Notes: generated by a model not told the origin, from the letters alone. A stretch of 64,000 nucleotides of DNA from Candidatus Moraniibacteriota bacterium (GCA_013334575.1 JAAXXG010000004.1:18464-82463), one strand, 5' to 3'; counted from the stretch's first letter, positions 1-10,906 are shown. Numbers and translations: made by a program.

Positions 1-82
1 GCCGAGGGCTCCCGGAAGGGGCATACTTGGCGATGGCACCCATTCTAGCAGGTTTTCGGAAAAAGGAAAGGCCGGTCTTTCT

Positions 83-1606
83 TCAAGAGACCCGGTGTCG
101 TCCGCGTATCTTCCGGTCGTCGGATTGCCGGCGGTCTTCTATGATCTCTTTCGCCCGCTCGCGAAGCGTATCAAGGGCTTCCTTGTCGAGTTCCTTCGAT
201 CGGCGGAGCAGCGTTTCCTTGGTATTGAGGGAGGGATCCTCGATCGTTTCCGAGAGGAGGACGTCGAGAATCGCACCGATCTTCGGTCCGGGCGCGAGTC
301 CGAGTTCATGCTGAAGGTCGTTTCCACCGATCGCGAGCATCTTTACCGATACCGGATCGTTCGAGACCTTCTCGATGACGTATTCGAGGTGTCGGAGCTT
401 GTACGGTTTCGCCTTCGGGACGCCGGAACCGAGCCGGTCCGCGATGCGGAGCTCGATAAGGTCCCGCATGTTTTCGAGTCCTACCCGTCGGATCAGCCGT
501 CGGACCGAGGATTCGGTCACCTCGTCGACGTTGTAGTAGAACATGTGCTGATCTACGAGGAGCGATGTCCGATCCGTTATATCTTTCGGGAACCGGAGCC
601 GCTCGAGGATTTTCCGGGTCATGCGCGCTCCCACGTGTTCGTGTCCGTGGAACGTGGCGCGATATCCGGAACCGCGTTTGGTGCGCGTTTTCCCGATATC
701 ATGAAACAGTGCCGCCAGCCGAACGTCGAGCCGATCCGAGCGGCAGGCGCGGAGTGACCGGATATTGTGGTCGTAGATCTCGTACCGGTGATGGAGGTTC
801 TGGGCGACGCCGACACCTTCCTCGAGTTCCGGGAGAAATTGTCGGAGCAGCCCGGTTGTCCGGAGGAGCTCCACCCCGTCAGCGGGGCTGTCCGACAGGA
901 TGATCCTCGAGAATTCGTCGCGGATCCGTTCCATCGATACGTGTGAGAGAAGTGCGGAGTGCTTTCCAATCGCGGCGAGCGTCGTCGTCTCGATCGTCCA
1001 GTCGCCGTCGGGAAGAGCGCCGTCTTTCCTGAGTTCGGAGAACAGGCGGATAGCCCGCATCATTCGTAGCGCATCTTCCCCGAAGCGCTGATCGGGATTT
1101 CCGACCGTCCGGATCGTCTTCCGTCCTATATCGTCCCTGCCGTGGAAGGGATCGACGATGTCGACTTCGCGCCGACCTTCCTTCTCGGATTTCCGGACCG
1201 ACAGGGCTATCGCGTTCATCGTGAAGTCGCGACGTGAGAGATCCTCCGTGAGGGAAGTCACGAACGTGACCCGGTCCGGACGGCGGCGGTCCGAATAGTC
1301 CGATTCTGTCCGGTAGGTCGTCACCTCGACGACGTCGTGTTCGCGTCCGGCCTTTCCGCGCGGCAGGAACGGTTCCGTCTTCACGCCGACGGTCCCGAAA
1401 TCATTCTCATAGAAACTGTCGGGAAACATCCGCAGCACGTCCTCCGGCTCCGCGTCCGTGGTGATGTCCCAATCTTTCGGCTCGCGCCCAAGGAACAGGT
1501 CCCGAACGCAGCCTCCGACGATGTGTCCCTCGTACCCGTTCGTTCCGAGCGTATCGAGGATCCCGAGAACGGGGGACGGGATGAGGGTTGAGTCGAGAAA
1601 ATCCAT
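83..1606 (-). CDS. cca: CCA tRNA nucleotidyltransferase / poly(A) polymerase family with HD domain
   Basis: Motifs VGGCVRD..DWDITT, RRDFTMNA, EDALRMMRAIR and LFHDIGK (HD). None of the tRNA genes here encodes CCA, which fits a CCA-adding role. Confidence 0.9.
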   Translation of the reverse strand: MDFLDSTLIPSPVLGILDTLGTNGYEGHIVGGCVRDLFLGREPKDWDITTDAEPEDVLRMFPDSFYENDFGTVGVKTEPFLPRGKAGREHDVVEVTTYRTESDYSDRRRPDRVTFVTSLTEDLSRRDFTMNAIALSVRKSEKEGRREVDIVDPFHGRDDIGRKTIRTVGNPDQRFGEDALRMMRAIRLFSELRKDGALPDGDWTIETTTLAAIGKHSALLSHVSMERIRDEFSRIILSDSPADGVELLRTTGLLRQFLPELEEGVGVAQNLHHRYEIYDHNIRSLRACRSDRLDVRLAALFHDIGKTRTKRGSGYRATFHGHEHVGARMTRKILERLRFPKDITDRTSLLVDQHMFYYNVDEVTESSVRRLIRRVGLENMRDLIELRIADRLGSGVPKAKPYKLRHLEYVIEKVSNDPVSVKMLAIGGNDLQHELGLAPGPKIGAILDVLLSETIEDPSLNTKETLLRRSKELDKEALDTLRERAKEIIEDRRQSDDRKIRGRHRVS

Positions 1607-1679
1607 AGGAAAAGTTTCCCGGGACGTTTCTCGCCCGTTTCCGGGCAGAATCGCCTCCGATGATGGGACGTACTCCCGG

Positions 1680-3446
1680 TCAGAGCGTGCGACGGCGGGT
1701 TTCTTCCTTGTAGCAGGCGAGCGTATCCCCGACCTGCACCTTCTCGCTGCCCTCGAAGACGAGCCCGCATTCGTTTCCCTGGCCGACCTCGTCGACGTTC
1801 TGTTTGTTCTGCTGGAGATTGAGCAGTTTCCCGTTTCCTACGGTTTCTCCTCCGCGGCGGATCTCGATGAGCGAGTTTCGGAGGATCTTGCCCTCGCTTA
1901 CCCGGCCGCCGATGATCTGGTCGCGCTTCCCGGTCTTGAAAACCGCGAGAACCGAAAGGAGTCCGAAATCGGTGCGGACGATTTCAGGGGGGAGCAGGTC
2001 CGCAAGGCGCTCCTTCGCCGAATCGACGAGCTTGTAGATGATGTTGAAGGTCTCGATCGCGACGCCGTCCTTTTCGGCGATCCGCTTGGCGACCGGGGTC
2101 GGTTCCACGTTGAAGGCGAAGATCACCGCACCCGCTCCGGCGGCCATCTTCACGTCGGATTCCGTGACCGCTCCCACCCCGGAAGAGATCTCTTCGAGGG
2201 TTACCTCCTCGTTTCCGATCGCCCCCAGGATCTGTTCGATGGCCTCGAGCGACCCCTGGACATCGGCCTTGAGTATGTAAGGGAGGTATTTCCGGCCTTC
2301 CTCCTCTTCGGCCCTCATCTTGAGGCTCTTGCCGGAGACGACGGCCTGTGATCGGGCGCGGGCCGACGCTTTGCCGCTCTCGACCGAAACGACGTCGTTG
2401 ACCTGCGGCGCATCGTGAAATCCGTAGACGACCGCCGGGACCGACGGACCCGCGGTCTCGAGGCTTTTTCCGGCATGGTCTTCCATGCGTCGGATGCGGC
2501 CGAAGACGCCTCCGGCGACGACATCCTGACCGACCTTGAGGGTGCCGGTCCGGACAAGGACGGTCGCGACGGGCCCCTTCTGCTTGTCGAGGTGGGATTC
2601 GAGGACGACGGCAAGACCGCTTCGCTTCGGATCGGCGACGAACTCCTCGACCTCGGAGACGAGGAGGATGTTTTCGAGGAGCGAGTCGATGCCGACGTTC
2701 TGCTTGGCGCTGATCTCGGAACAGAGAATCTTTCCGCCCCACTCCTCGATGAGGATATCGTGTTCGGCGAGTTCCTGTTTCACTCGTGCCACGTTGGCGT
2801 CCGGCTTGTCGATCTTGTTGATCGCGACGATGACCGGAAGGTTCCGTTCCTTGAGGTAGGTGATGACCTCCTTGGTCTGTTTCTGGATTCCGTCGTCCGC
2901 CGCGACCACGAGAATCGCGATGTCGGCGATGGAGACACCGCGCTTTCTCATGGCCGAGAAAGCCTCGTGTCCCGGGGTGTCGATGAAGGTGATCAGCTTG
3001 CCGCGCTTCTTGACCTGGTAGGTACCGAGGTGCTGCGTGATGCCCCCCGCCTCTCCGGCCGCGACGCTCGCCTTGCGGAGAGTGTCGAGCAGCGTCGTCT
3101 TTCCGTGGTCCACGTGGCCCAGAATCGTTACGATCGGCGCTCTCGGCGAAAGCTTCTTCTCGCCCTCCTTCTCCTTGGCACAGAGTGCGAGAAGGCCTTC
3201 GAGATCGAGCGGCTTGTCGGCGGATCCTTCCTCCTCGGCAGGCGACGCCTCGAACCCGAGATCGGAAGCGATGATACTCGCGGTCTCATAGTCGACCTCC
3301 TCGTTGATCGTGGCGAGGATGCCGTTCTTCATGAGCTCGGTAATGACCTGAGCCACCGGAAGTCCCAGCCGGTCCGCGAGGTCCTTGACGGTAACGGTCG
3401 CCGGAAGGGGGACTTTCTTGACGTCGGTCTGATTCGTCTCGTTCAT
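1680..3446 (-). CDS. infB: Translation initiation factor IF-2 (short form)
   Basis: [40 protein letters not shown]. Confidence 0.98.
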   Translation of the reverse strand: MNETNQTDVKKVPLPATVTVKDLADRLGLPVAQVITELMKNGILATINEEVDYETASIIASDLGFEASPAEEEGSADKPLDLEGLLALCAKEKEGEKKLSPRAPIVTILGHVDHGKTTLLDTLRKASVAAGEAGGITQHLGTYQVKKRGKLITFIDTPGHEAFSAMRKRGVSIADIAILVVAADDGIQKQTKEVITYLKERNLPVIVAINKIDKPDANVARVKQELAEHDILIEEWGGKILCSEISAKQNVGIDSLLENILLVSEVEEFVADPKRSGLAVVLESHLDKQKGPVATVLVRTGTLKVGQDVVAGGVFGRIRRMEDHAGKSLETAGPSVPAVVYGFHDAPQVNDVVSVESGKASARARSQAVVSGKSLKMRAEEEEGRKYLPYILKADVQGSLEAIEQILGAIGNEEVTLEEISSGVGAVTESDVKMAAGAGAVIFAFNVEPTPVAKRIAEKDGVAIETFNIIYKLVDSAKERLADLLPPEIVRTDFGLLSVLAVFKTGKRDQIIGGRVSEGKILRNSLIEIRRGGETVGNGKLLNLQQNKQNVDEVGQGNECGLVFEGSEKVQVGDTLACYKEETRRRTL

Positions 3447-3461
3447 GATGATGCCGTTAGC

Positions 3462-4001
3462 TTATCCTTTCGTTTCCGTCCTTGTCTTCCCGAATGCTAC
3501 GGGCCGTTTTCCGGCAGCCGCCCCGACGACGTGCCGTTCCTCGTCGGACAAGGGATATTCCTTCGTTTCGGAGCCCTTTTCGACCGGTTTCGCGTACACG
3601 CGCGTCCCTTCGCGCGTATGGATCGACGATATGACGAATCCGGTATTCTTCCCGTCGAGGAGTGCGACCGCGAAGCTTTGGTTTCCCCCGACCTCCTTGA
3701 AGGGGTTGAATCGGAGGAGTCCGGTCTTGTGTATGCTTTCCTGGCCGAGCCGGTACAGCTGTTCGGCGATACCGTAGAGCTTTCGGATCTCTTCGTCGGC
3801 CGCGTCGAGTCCTTCCTTCTGCTTCAGGATGATCTCTTCGAGGTCGACTCCGGTCTTGCCGGAGAAGAGTGCGGTCAGGTCTTTACGGAGCTTTCGGACA
3901 CGAAAGAAGAGAAGGACGGAAACGAGCAGTCCGAGGCTGCCGATGCCGATGCTGGCCAGGGTCAGCGGTACGATTACCGATGCGGAAAACAGTCCTTCCA
4001 T
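3462..4001 (-). CDS. DUF4446-family membrane-anchored protein
   Basis: N-terminal TM helix; RFNPFKEVGGNQSF..ALLD..G..ISSIH.REGTRVYAKP..LS.EE signature. Confidence 0.85.
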   Translation of the reverse strand: MEGLFSASVIVPLTLASIGIGSLGLLVSVLLFFRVRKLRKDLTALFSGKTGVDLEEIILKQKEGLDAADEEIRKLYGIAEQLYRLGQESIHKTGLLRFNPFKEVGGNQSFAVALLDGKNTGFVISSIHTREGTRVYAKPVEKGSETKEYPLSDEERHVVGAAAGKRPVAFGKTRTETKG

Positions 4002-4098
4002 ACGCGAAAAATCGGTATTTCAAGCCTAGCACGCGGATTCGGGGGTGTAAAGGTTCCTGGAAACGGCAAAGACCTCGGGTTCCCGAGGTCTTGTGGCT

Positions 4099-4575
4099 TC
4101 ATTGATGGTGCAGAGAACGGCGGGTTTCCTGATACTGGGCGATTTTCCATTCGTTCCCGTTTTTTTCTCGACTGAAGGTAAGCGTAAGATCCGTGTACAA
4201 CGTACAAAAAGGCTCGGCTTCCGGGTCGTTGTCGCGGGTGTTCTTAAGGAGTCCCGGGACAGTGGCCTTGAAACAGAACATTATGGAAACGACTGACGGC
4301 CCACCCCAGTCATCTTCCATAAAAACTACGCTGTCGAGAAACTCGATAACCTCGGTCTTCTGGATAATCCCGAAATAGACTTCGTAGAAGTTTCGAATCT
4401 GGGTAAGGCCGTCGTGCTTACGTGGGATCAATGTTGATATGAGCCTGGCGTCGTTTCGGAAGAGTCCGATGACACGTGACAGATCTCTCGATCCGACAGC
4501 ATCGACATATGCGGATATAAGGTGCTCCGCGAGTGAGGCGACGGGATTTCCCGTCCGGGTCGCTGTAAGTGGCAT
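4099..4575 (-). CDS. Hypothetical protein, possible NTF2/SnoaL-like fold
   Basis: 158-aa ORF; AYVDAV..RDL..V..LF..DA and a terminal WKI resemble SnoaL-like proteins; TTGACA upstream. Confidence 0.5.
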   Translation of the reverse strand: MPLTATRTGNPVASLAEHLISAYVDAVGSRDLSRVIGLFRNDARLISTLIPRKHDGLTQIRNFYEVYFGIIQKTEVIEFLDSVVFMEDDWGGPSVVSIMFCFKATVPGLLKNTRDNDPEAEPFCTLYTDLTLTFSREKNGNEWKIAQYQETRRSLHHQ

Positions 4576-4889
4576 GGGCGGTGCACGGTTTTGTTGAGGT
4601 GTTAGGGGACTGTTAGCTCTGTCACGTTGTACGCCCGATGACTCCCGTTTGTCAAGGCCGTTTCCGGGGCGTATCGGAGGGGTTGCGCTTTACATTTCCA
4701 TACGGAGGACTATCATGGAAAACGTTGCGTTCCGGAACGGCGTTTCGTCGTTTCGGGCCACGTTACTTGAAGAGGAAAGAGAAAGACCGATCGCGACCGG
4801 ACAGACGAAAGGATTCCGGTTCCGAGTGGTCTTTTTGTTTTGCCTTCGGGAAACATCATCCGTAAGCGCCGCGGCGCAGATCAATCCGT

Positions 4890-6521
4890 ATGCCGATTGC
4901 CGAGAATATCAGGAAGAACCTCAAGTCGGGACTCACGGTCTCGCTCATCTCCATCCCGCTGTCCGTCTCGCTCGCCGTCGCGTCCGGCGTGACGCCGGTC
5001 ATCGGCGTGATGACAGCGGTCTGGGCCGGTCTTATCGCCGCAGCCTTCGGCGGCAGCCATTACAATATCGTCGGTCCGACGGGAGCGCTCTCGGGCATCA
5101 TCGCGACCTTCGTCTTCTCGCAGGGAATCGGAAGCGTGCCGATGCTCGCGATCCTCGCCGGCATCATCATTCTCCTGGCATACTTCTTCCGGCTCGAGCG
5201 GTATCTCATCCTCGTGCCGTCGAGCGTAATCCACGGGTTCACCCTGGGAGTGGCCTTCATCATCGGGCTTAACCAGTGGAACGCCGCGTTCGGACTTCAC
5301 GGGCTCCCGTCGCACGAGAAGTTCTCGGAGAACCTGCTTGAGTCGTTCCGGCACGTTCCGGATCTCTCGCTGCCGACCTTCCTCGTCTTCCTCGTCTTCC
5401 TCGGCGGCCTGTTCCTCTTCAAGCGCTACGTGCCGAAGTTTCCGGGCGCCATCTTCCTCGCTCCGGTCGGTATCCTGCTCGGCTATCTCGGGCAGGCTGA
5501 CATCATCCCGCTTTCGCTCGAGACGCTCGGTATGAAGTACGGGGATATGGGATTCCGTCTCTTTTCGGCGCCTCATTTCTTCTATTCGGCGGCGCTGCTC
5601 AAGGGAGCGCTGGTCATTGCGCTCATCGCGATCCTCGAGACGATGCTCTCGGCCAAGATCGCGGACGGCATGACGAAGACGAAGCATGACGAGCGGAAGG
5701 AGATGTTCGGACTCGGGCTCGCGAACGTCGTATCCGGCCTCATGGGCGGGATGCCGGCGACCGCCGCCCTGGCGCGCACGTCCCTCAACATCAAGAGCGG
5801 TGCGGATCATAAGACATCCGCCATAATCAATGCCGTCGCCGTGACGGTCATCTCGGTTTTCCTGCTCCGCTTCTTCCAGTTCATCCCGATGGCGGTCATC
5901 GCGGCCATCCTGGTCTTCGTCGCGATCCAGATGGTCGAGACGGAGCATTTCTTCCGGTTCTTCCGGTTCGACAAGTCGATCTTCGTGATCTCGGTGATTG
6001 TCGCTTTCGTGACGGTCGCGGAGGATCCGATCGTCGGTATCCTGCTCGGTGTCGTCCTCTCGCTCCTCCTCTCGGTCGACAAGATGTCCCGCGGGCATTT
6101 CCATGTCCGGTTCAACCGCTACGACGAGGGAATCGTCGGCGAGCATTCGGGGGACCAGTTCCGCGAGACCGAGGAGAACGCGGACGTGCTGCTCTACTCC
6201 GTCCGCGGACGCCTCTGCTACTTCAACTGTCGGGCGCACGTGAGCCGCTTCGAGGAAGGACTTGAAAGATACAAGGAGATCATCCTGCGTCTGCGTGAGG
6301 TCCATTTCATCGATATCGACGGCATCGAGGCGCTCAACGAAATCATCTCGATCATCGAGGCACGCGGGCAGAAGGTCGCCCTTACGAGTATCGATCCGGC
6401 GATCGCCGACCTGCTCAAGGAAGGACTCGAGTCCTATAGCCGGCTTGAGAAGGAGGGGATGATCTTCTCCAAGTCCGAAGACGCCGTCCGCGCACTCGGC
6501 ATCGAACCGAAGAAGGAATAG
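4890..6521 (+). CDS. SulP/SLC26 anion (sulfate/bicarbonate) permease with STAS domain
   Basis: SGLTVSLISIPLSVSLA, GPTGA, GGMPATAALART; C-terminal STAS motif (LREVHFIDIDGIEAL). Confidence 0.93.
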   Translation: MPIAENIRKNLKSGLTVSLISIPLSVSLAVASGVTPVIGVMTAVWAGLIAAAFGGSHYNIVGPTGALSGIIATFVFSQGIGSVPMLAILAGIIILLAYFFRLERYLILVPSSVIHGFTLGVAFIIGLNQWNAAFGLHGLPSHEKFSENLLESFRHVPDLSLPTFLVFLVFLGGLFLFKRYVPKFPGAIFLAPVGILLGYLGQADIIPLSLETLGMKYGDMGFRLFSAPHFFYSAALLKGALVIALIAILETMLSAKIADGMTKTKHDERKEMFGLGLANVVSGLMGGMPATAALARTSLNIKSGADHKTSAIINAVAVTVISVFLLRFFQFIPMAVIAAILVFVAIQMVETEHFFRFFRFDKSIFVISVIVAFVTVAEDPIVGILLGVVLSLLLSVDKMSRGHFHVRFNRYDEGIVGEHSGDQFRETEENADVLLYSVRGRLCYFNCRAHVSRFEEGLERYKEIILRLREVHFIDIDGIEALNEIISIIEARGQKVALTSIDPAIADLLKEGLESYSRLEKEGMIFSKSEDAVRALGIEPKKE

Positions 6522-6751
6522 GGGAAGCCCAAGTGGTTTTTTCGGAAGGCGGGATCGATCATGTTCCGAGATGACTCTTCCTGTTGCTGGGACTGGTTTC
6601 AATGACCGTTGACATCGTAAAAACGGTCGGAGCATCGGTCGTATGCTTGGCGGTCAGGATACGGCTTCCAAAGGCGGGCTTTCGGCTTCGGTCCCGTTGT
6701 AAGCATATAAAAAGCGGAACAGCTGTTCCGCTTGGTGAGTCATCTCCGCTT

Positions 6752-7474
6752 TCATCTCCACTCGAAGTAGAGTCGATTTGATGCGGTATCGGCGACACGG
6801 ATCTTTTCCTCAATTTTGAGTTCGTCTTCATTGAAATCAAACCATAAACGCACCGCTCTTTCATAATCCAGTGGACGTTTTTCTTCTTCGGGTCGTGACA
6901 CTTCGCGTGTGACTATCCGGCTTATTTCGATAAGAGTAATAAAGGGAAAGTTTTTTAATCTTATGTCTAGCCGCCTAATGTTGAGTTCAGCCTTCCTGCC
7001 TATTTCTTGAAGGCTTTTCGCAAAGGCTTGATCCGCGTAAAGAAGTTCAGTTCCATTTTCAAGAGCGTTAAGAAATTTCTTTTTAAGCGCAGGTAGTGTA
7101 GTTTCTTCTAAAATCTCGATTTTCTGCCCTTCCTGTTTGTGCCAAGGGGCGCATATTAACAGACATGAGCGGATTATCAACGTGCTGACTATGAAAATCA
7201 GTAAATGGAACAATATTGGACGATTCGGAAGAAATTGAAATTTTATAGCTATTACAACTAGAGATGCCAGTATCAAGGCGTATGCCCAAATGCGCCTCCC
7301 TCTTTTTTCTTGATTAGAACGCATACTGAATAGTTTTTCCCTCGCATCATCCAGCTCTCTTTGCAGGGTTTTAAACTCATCTAGCACTGGCATGAGGAAG
7401 GTCGCTATTCTTTCCGAAGCGGTTGTCCTTGGGACGATCGTTTTTGCCTCTAGGCTGTCGTCTGGATGTTTCAT
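6752..7474 (-). CDS. Hypothetical membrane protein (2 TM), AT-rich
   Basis: 240-aa ORF with two hydrophobic segments; visibly lower GC than its neighbours. Confidence 0.65.
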   Translation of the reverse strand: MKHPDDSLEAKTIVPRTTASERIATFLMPVLDEFKTLQRELDDAREKLFSMRSNQEKRGRRIWAYALILASLVVIAIKFQFLPNRPILFHLLIFIVSTLIIRSCLLICAPWHKQEGQKIEILEETTLPALKKKFLNALENGTELLYADQAFAKSLQEIGRKAELNIRRLDIRLKNFPFITLIEISRIVTREVSRPEEEKRPLDYERAVRLWFDFNEDELKIEEKIRVADTASNRLYFEWR

Positions 7475-7640
7475 GGTAGCAGGTATTCTTGTTAAAGAGG
7501 ACTTTTTCCGTCAGGCTTCATCCTGACATGGGATCCTAGCAGATAATATAAAAAATGTCAATAGTAATTATCAAAAGTATATATCATTTTTTCTTTAAAA
7601 TAGGATAAAATGTAATATAATAAATTATTGTTATAATATG

Positions 7641-7669
7641 TTGACACAATAGTACTTAGAGAGTATAAT
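7641..7669 (+). promoter_or_regulatory. Consensus sigma70 promoter, probably giving a leaderless transcript
   Basis: TTGACA-17 bp-TATAAT; ATG 8 nt after the -10 box. Confidence 0.85.
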
Positions 7670-7677
7670 GGCTTCAT

Positions 7678-8451
7678 ATGAAAGAAAGCCTGATCAAAAT
7701 AGAAAATCTCCTGAAGAAAGCCGGTTTTCTGGATAAGGAAGTCGCGGTGTACCTTACCCTTCTCGAGATGGGTCGCGGCGTGGTTTCCGAGATCGCTCGG
7801 AGAGCGAATGTGAACCGGACGACCGGATACGTAATCCTAGACAGTCTGACGGGAAAAGGTTTGGTGAGCGTGTCCGGCAAGAAACCGAAACAGGAATATA
7901 TGGCGGAGTCGCCCGAGAATCTCGTGAAGTATCTGTATTCTGAGATTGAGTCGCGTAAGGCGATTACGAGGCAATTGGATGGACTGTTGCCTGAAATGAC
8001 TTCTTTGTATCGGAAGGGAGATCGACCGAAAGTATATTTTTATGAGGGCGAAGAGGGATTGAAGCGGGTGTATGAGGATACGCTGACCGCGACTGGGCCG
8101 ATTGTCGCCTATGCGACATATGAAGATATGCACAAGGCGTTGCCTGGATATTTCCCGGACTATTACAAGAGGCGTGCTAAAAAGGGGATATTTGCGCGCG
8201 GAATCGTTCCGGAGACGCCGCTTGCTTATGAGAGAGTGCGCGAGGATAAGAATGAGGCGCGAGAATTAGCGCTCGTTCCGGCGGACAGATACACGTTTTC
8301 TCCCGATATCGAAATCTACGACAACAAGATCATGATCGCGTCGTGGCGGGAGAAACTCGGTATCATCATCGAGTCCGGCGAGATCGCCGACGCGATGAAG
8401 AAGATCTTCGAGCTTGCGTGGATCGCAGCGAAGGGAATGGACAGGAATTGA
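7678..8451 (+). CDS. TrmB-family transcriptional regulator
   Basis: wHTH (KEVAVYLTLLE.G..SEIARRANVNRTTGY..L..L..KGLV), EGEEGLKRVYED, IEIYDNKI..G.IIES. Confidence 0.9.
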   Translation: MKESLIKIENLLKKAGFLDKEVAVYLTLLEMGRGVVSEIARRANVNRTTGYVILDSLTGKGLVSVSGKKPKQEYMAESPENLVKYLYSEIESRKAITRQLDGLLPEMTSLYRKGDRPKVYFYEGEEGLKRVYEDTLTATGPIVAYATYEDMHKALPGYFPDYYKRRAKKGIFARGIVPETPLAYERVREDKNEARELALVPADRYTFSPDIEIYDNKIMIASWREKLGIIIESGEIADAMKKIFELAWIAAKGMDRN

Positions 8452-8503
8452 ATCAAACGAAAGAAGGCCGGAGACATCCGGTCTTCTTTCGTTCGTCATG
8501 CTT

Positions 8504-9532
8504 CTATTCCTCGACGACTTCCATCTGCATCGTCGCGTAGTCCAGGATGACGGGCATGGGGTGCATGAGACCGATAAGTTCCGGATGCCGTTTCCCGATG
8601 ATCTCGCGCCCGAGCCGGTTGAGATAGAGGCTCCGTTCCTTCGCGCGGACGCGCTCTTCCGCGTCGGTGAAGATCGACGAGCTGAGCAGCACGAATCCGT
8701 CCGGCGCGCGTCCGGCCTCGACGTTCCGGCCGACGATATCGGCCGCGGTCGCGATCGGCTCGCCGACGTTCGGGTCGTACGGGCCGACGATGAGGGCCAT
8801 GTTCGGGGCGTGGAGCCAGTCGAATCCCTTCCCGATGGCGAGGATCCACTCGCCGTGAACGAGGTCTTCGGACGGCTTCCCGCTTATGGAAGTCTCGGCG
8901 ATGCGTCCCATGTTTCCCTGGACGAGCGGAAGGAGGTCGGCCAGGACCCGATCGGGCATGGAGGGATAGAGTTCGCGGAAGAGGAGACGGAGCGCGCCGT
9001 CGGAATCGTCGGACAGTGTCGAGACGTCGATCTGCTTCCCGCCATCCCCGTGGAAAATGAGCGTGTCGCGGTCCGTCTCGAGACCGACCCGGATCGGGAC
9101 GACAACCCCGTTGTCCTTTCCGTAGATGCGCAGGATCTGCTGACGGAAGTTCTCGGTGAACCGCATGGACGCCTCCTTGTCGTGCCCGAAGCCGGCGCAA
9201 CCGCGCTGCTTGTCTCCGGCGGAAAAGTGGTAGTTCACGAGGACGAGGACGCGTTTCCCCTCGGAGACGGCCTTTGTGACGAGCTGGTCGAACGCTTCGT
9301 TGAGGTATGGCCAACCGAGGTCGAATTTGCCGCCGATGTTCCGGAACGGACGCATGATTCCCAACGGCGTCTTCGTGACAGTCGGCATGTGGACGCGTCC
9401 GTCCATGCACTTGAAGACGACGATCTTCGTCGGATGCTGCGCGAGATAGAGTTCGCGTTCGAGCCGCTGCGCCATGAACATCTCGGAATGTCTGCGGTTG
9501 AGCTCGACGAGCATCTTCTTGCGGTTTTCCAT
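8504..9532 (-). CDS. CsoSCA-like beta-class carbonic anhydrase
   Basis: Zn-ligand motifs KCMDGR and YHFSAGDKQRGCAGF (long His-Cys spacing as in CsoSCA-type enzymes). Confidence 0.7.
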   Translation of the reverse strand: MENRKKMLVELNRRHSEMFMAQRLERELYLAQHPTKIVVFKCMDGRVHMPTVTKTPLGIMRPFRNIGGKFDLGWPYLNEAFDQLVTKAVSEGKRVLVLVNYHFSAGDKQRGCAGFGHDKEASMRFTENFRQQILRIYGKDNGVVVPIRVGLETDRDTLIFHGDGGKQIDVSTLSDDSDGALRLLFRELYPSMPDRVLADLLPLVQGNMGRIAETSISGKPSEDLVHGEWILAIGKGFDWLHAPNMALIVGPYDPNVGEPIATAADIVGRNVEAGRAPDGFVLLSSSIFTDAEERVRAKERSLYLNRLGREIIGKRHPELIGLMHPMPVILDYATMQMEVVEE

Positions 9533-9623
9533 ACGGATTCGGCCGTGGCCGCCGGCGGATTGCGGCGAGACGACCCGGATACGGGTTCCACCCCATTATA
9601 GACCCGTTCCGTGTCGGGTACAG

Positions 9624-9648
9624 AAAAAGCCGCCCGAAGGCGGCTTTT
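9624..9648. terminator. Intrinsic terminator hairpin
   Basis: AAAAAGCCGCC-CGAA-GGCGGCTTTT just after the SDR gene stop. Confidence 0.75.
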
Positions 9649-9663
9649 CGGAATCGTCCGGAA

Positions 9664-10461
9664 TCAGGAGATGAGCGATCCACCGTCGGCGACCACCATC
9701 GAACCGGTCATATAACTTGCCGCATCGCTCGCAAGGAAGAGTGCGACAGTCGCCATCTCGTCGGGGTCCGCGTAGCGGCCCATCGGTATGGCGGAAAGGA
9801 ACGCCTTCATCTGCTCGTCGGTCATCGCCGGGGCCCCTTCGCTCATCGCGGCCACACCCTCGGTCGCCACACCGCCCGGGGCGATGGCGTTCACGCGGAT
9901 CTTGTGAGGGGCGAGTTCGAGCGCGAGGTTTTTGGTGAAGCCCCAGACGCCATGCTTGGACGTATCATAGGCGGCGAGTCCGACCATGCTCGGATGCAGC
10001 GCGTCGATCGAGGCGATATTGATGATCGTTCCGCTTCCCTGCGTGACCATCGCCTTGGCTGCCTCGCGGCAGCCAAGGAAGACTCCGCGACCGTTCACGG
10101 CCTGGACCTTGTCCCAGAACCCGACCTCCATGTCGAGGACCGGTGAGGTCGGGAAGATACCGGCATTGTTCACCATCACGTCGAGGCTTCCGAAGGCTTC
10201 CTTCGTCTTCGCGACGAGCGCCTCAACGTCTGCCTCCGAAGAGACGTCCGTCTTCACGAAGATGGCCTTCCCTCCGAACTCCGAAGCGATGGCCTCGGCC
10301 TTGGCGACGCCTGCCTCTTCGTTGATATCCGAGATGACTACTGACGCACCGGCTTCCGCGAAACGCTTCGCGATGCCGTACCCGATACCGTTGGCGCCAC
10401 CGGTCACGATGACCGTCTTTCCAGTGAAATCGAACAGCTCCGCGATTTTCTTCTGCGACAT
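9664..10461 (-). CDS. SDR family NAD(P)-dependent oxidoreductase
   Basis: TGGANGIG, NNAGI, catalytic YDTSK, RVNAIAPG, DGG. Confidence 0.95.
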   Translation of the reverse strand: MSQKKIAELFDFTGKTVIVTGGANGIGYGIAKRFAEAGASVVISDINEEAGVAKAEAIASEFGGKAIFVKTDVSSEADVEALVAKTKEAFGSLDVMVNNAGIFPTSPVLDMEVGFWDKVQAVNGRGVFLGCREAAKAMVTQGSGTIINIASIDALHPSMVGLAAYDTSKHGVWGFTKNLALELAPHKIRVNAIAPGGVATEGVAAMSEGAPAMTDEQMKAFLSAIPMGRYADPDEMATVALFLASDAASYMTGSMVVADGGSLIS

Positions 10462-10599
10462 ATCCGTTCGTCTTACTGTTTATTTCGGCTTTATATTGCC
10501 AAATACACGTCTATTATGGCATGGAAAGGAGAAGAGGGGAATCCGGCTTTACATATAAGAATCAAAAAACCCCGTTTTGGGGTCTTGTGATTTCCGTTG

Positions 10600-10686
10600 A
10601 GGAAAGGGAGGGATTCGAACCCTCGAGGCCCTTGCGGGCCTGCCGCTTTTCGAGAGCGGTACCTTCAACCACTCGGTCACCTTTCC
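10600..10686 (-). tRNA. tRNA-Ser(CGA)
   Basis: Cloverleaf GGAAAGG..CCTTTCC; anticodon arm CCGCT-CTCGAAA-AGCGG; long variable arm; GGTTCGAATCC. Confidence 0.95.
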
Positions 10687-10739
10687 TATATGTCTAACAG
10701 TATATACTATTGTTCGAAATGATCCTCCCATTTCCGGTC

Positions 10740-10859
10740 AGGGATTCGCCCCGCATGCGCGGGGCGCCCGGCGAATGCCCGGGCGAACCCTCGAGGCCCT
10801 TGCGGGCCTGCCGCTTTTCGAGAGCGGTACCTTCAACCACTCGGTCACCTTTCCTATAT
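10740..10859 (-). pseudogene. Shadow copy of tRNA-Ser(CGA) with a 37-nt T-loop insertion and no 3' acceptor strand
   Basis: 10784-10859 is identical to 10616-10691 (76 bp); the rest of the T-arm (10740-10748) is separated by insert 10749-10785. Confidence 0.85.
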
Positions 10860-10906
10860 TCAACTGACAACCTCTACAACGAACGACCGGCGGCTACGGA
10901 CTCGCA

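Noticed and set aside
25-40. Minus-strand GGTGCCATCGCCAAGT resembling the 5' end of a tRNA-Cys or tRNA-Gln
   Set aside because: Only 16 nt at the window edge, directly after a TAGAAT box and before a possible ATG; it cannot be told from chance without the adjacent sequence.
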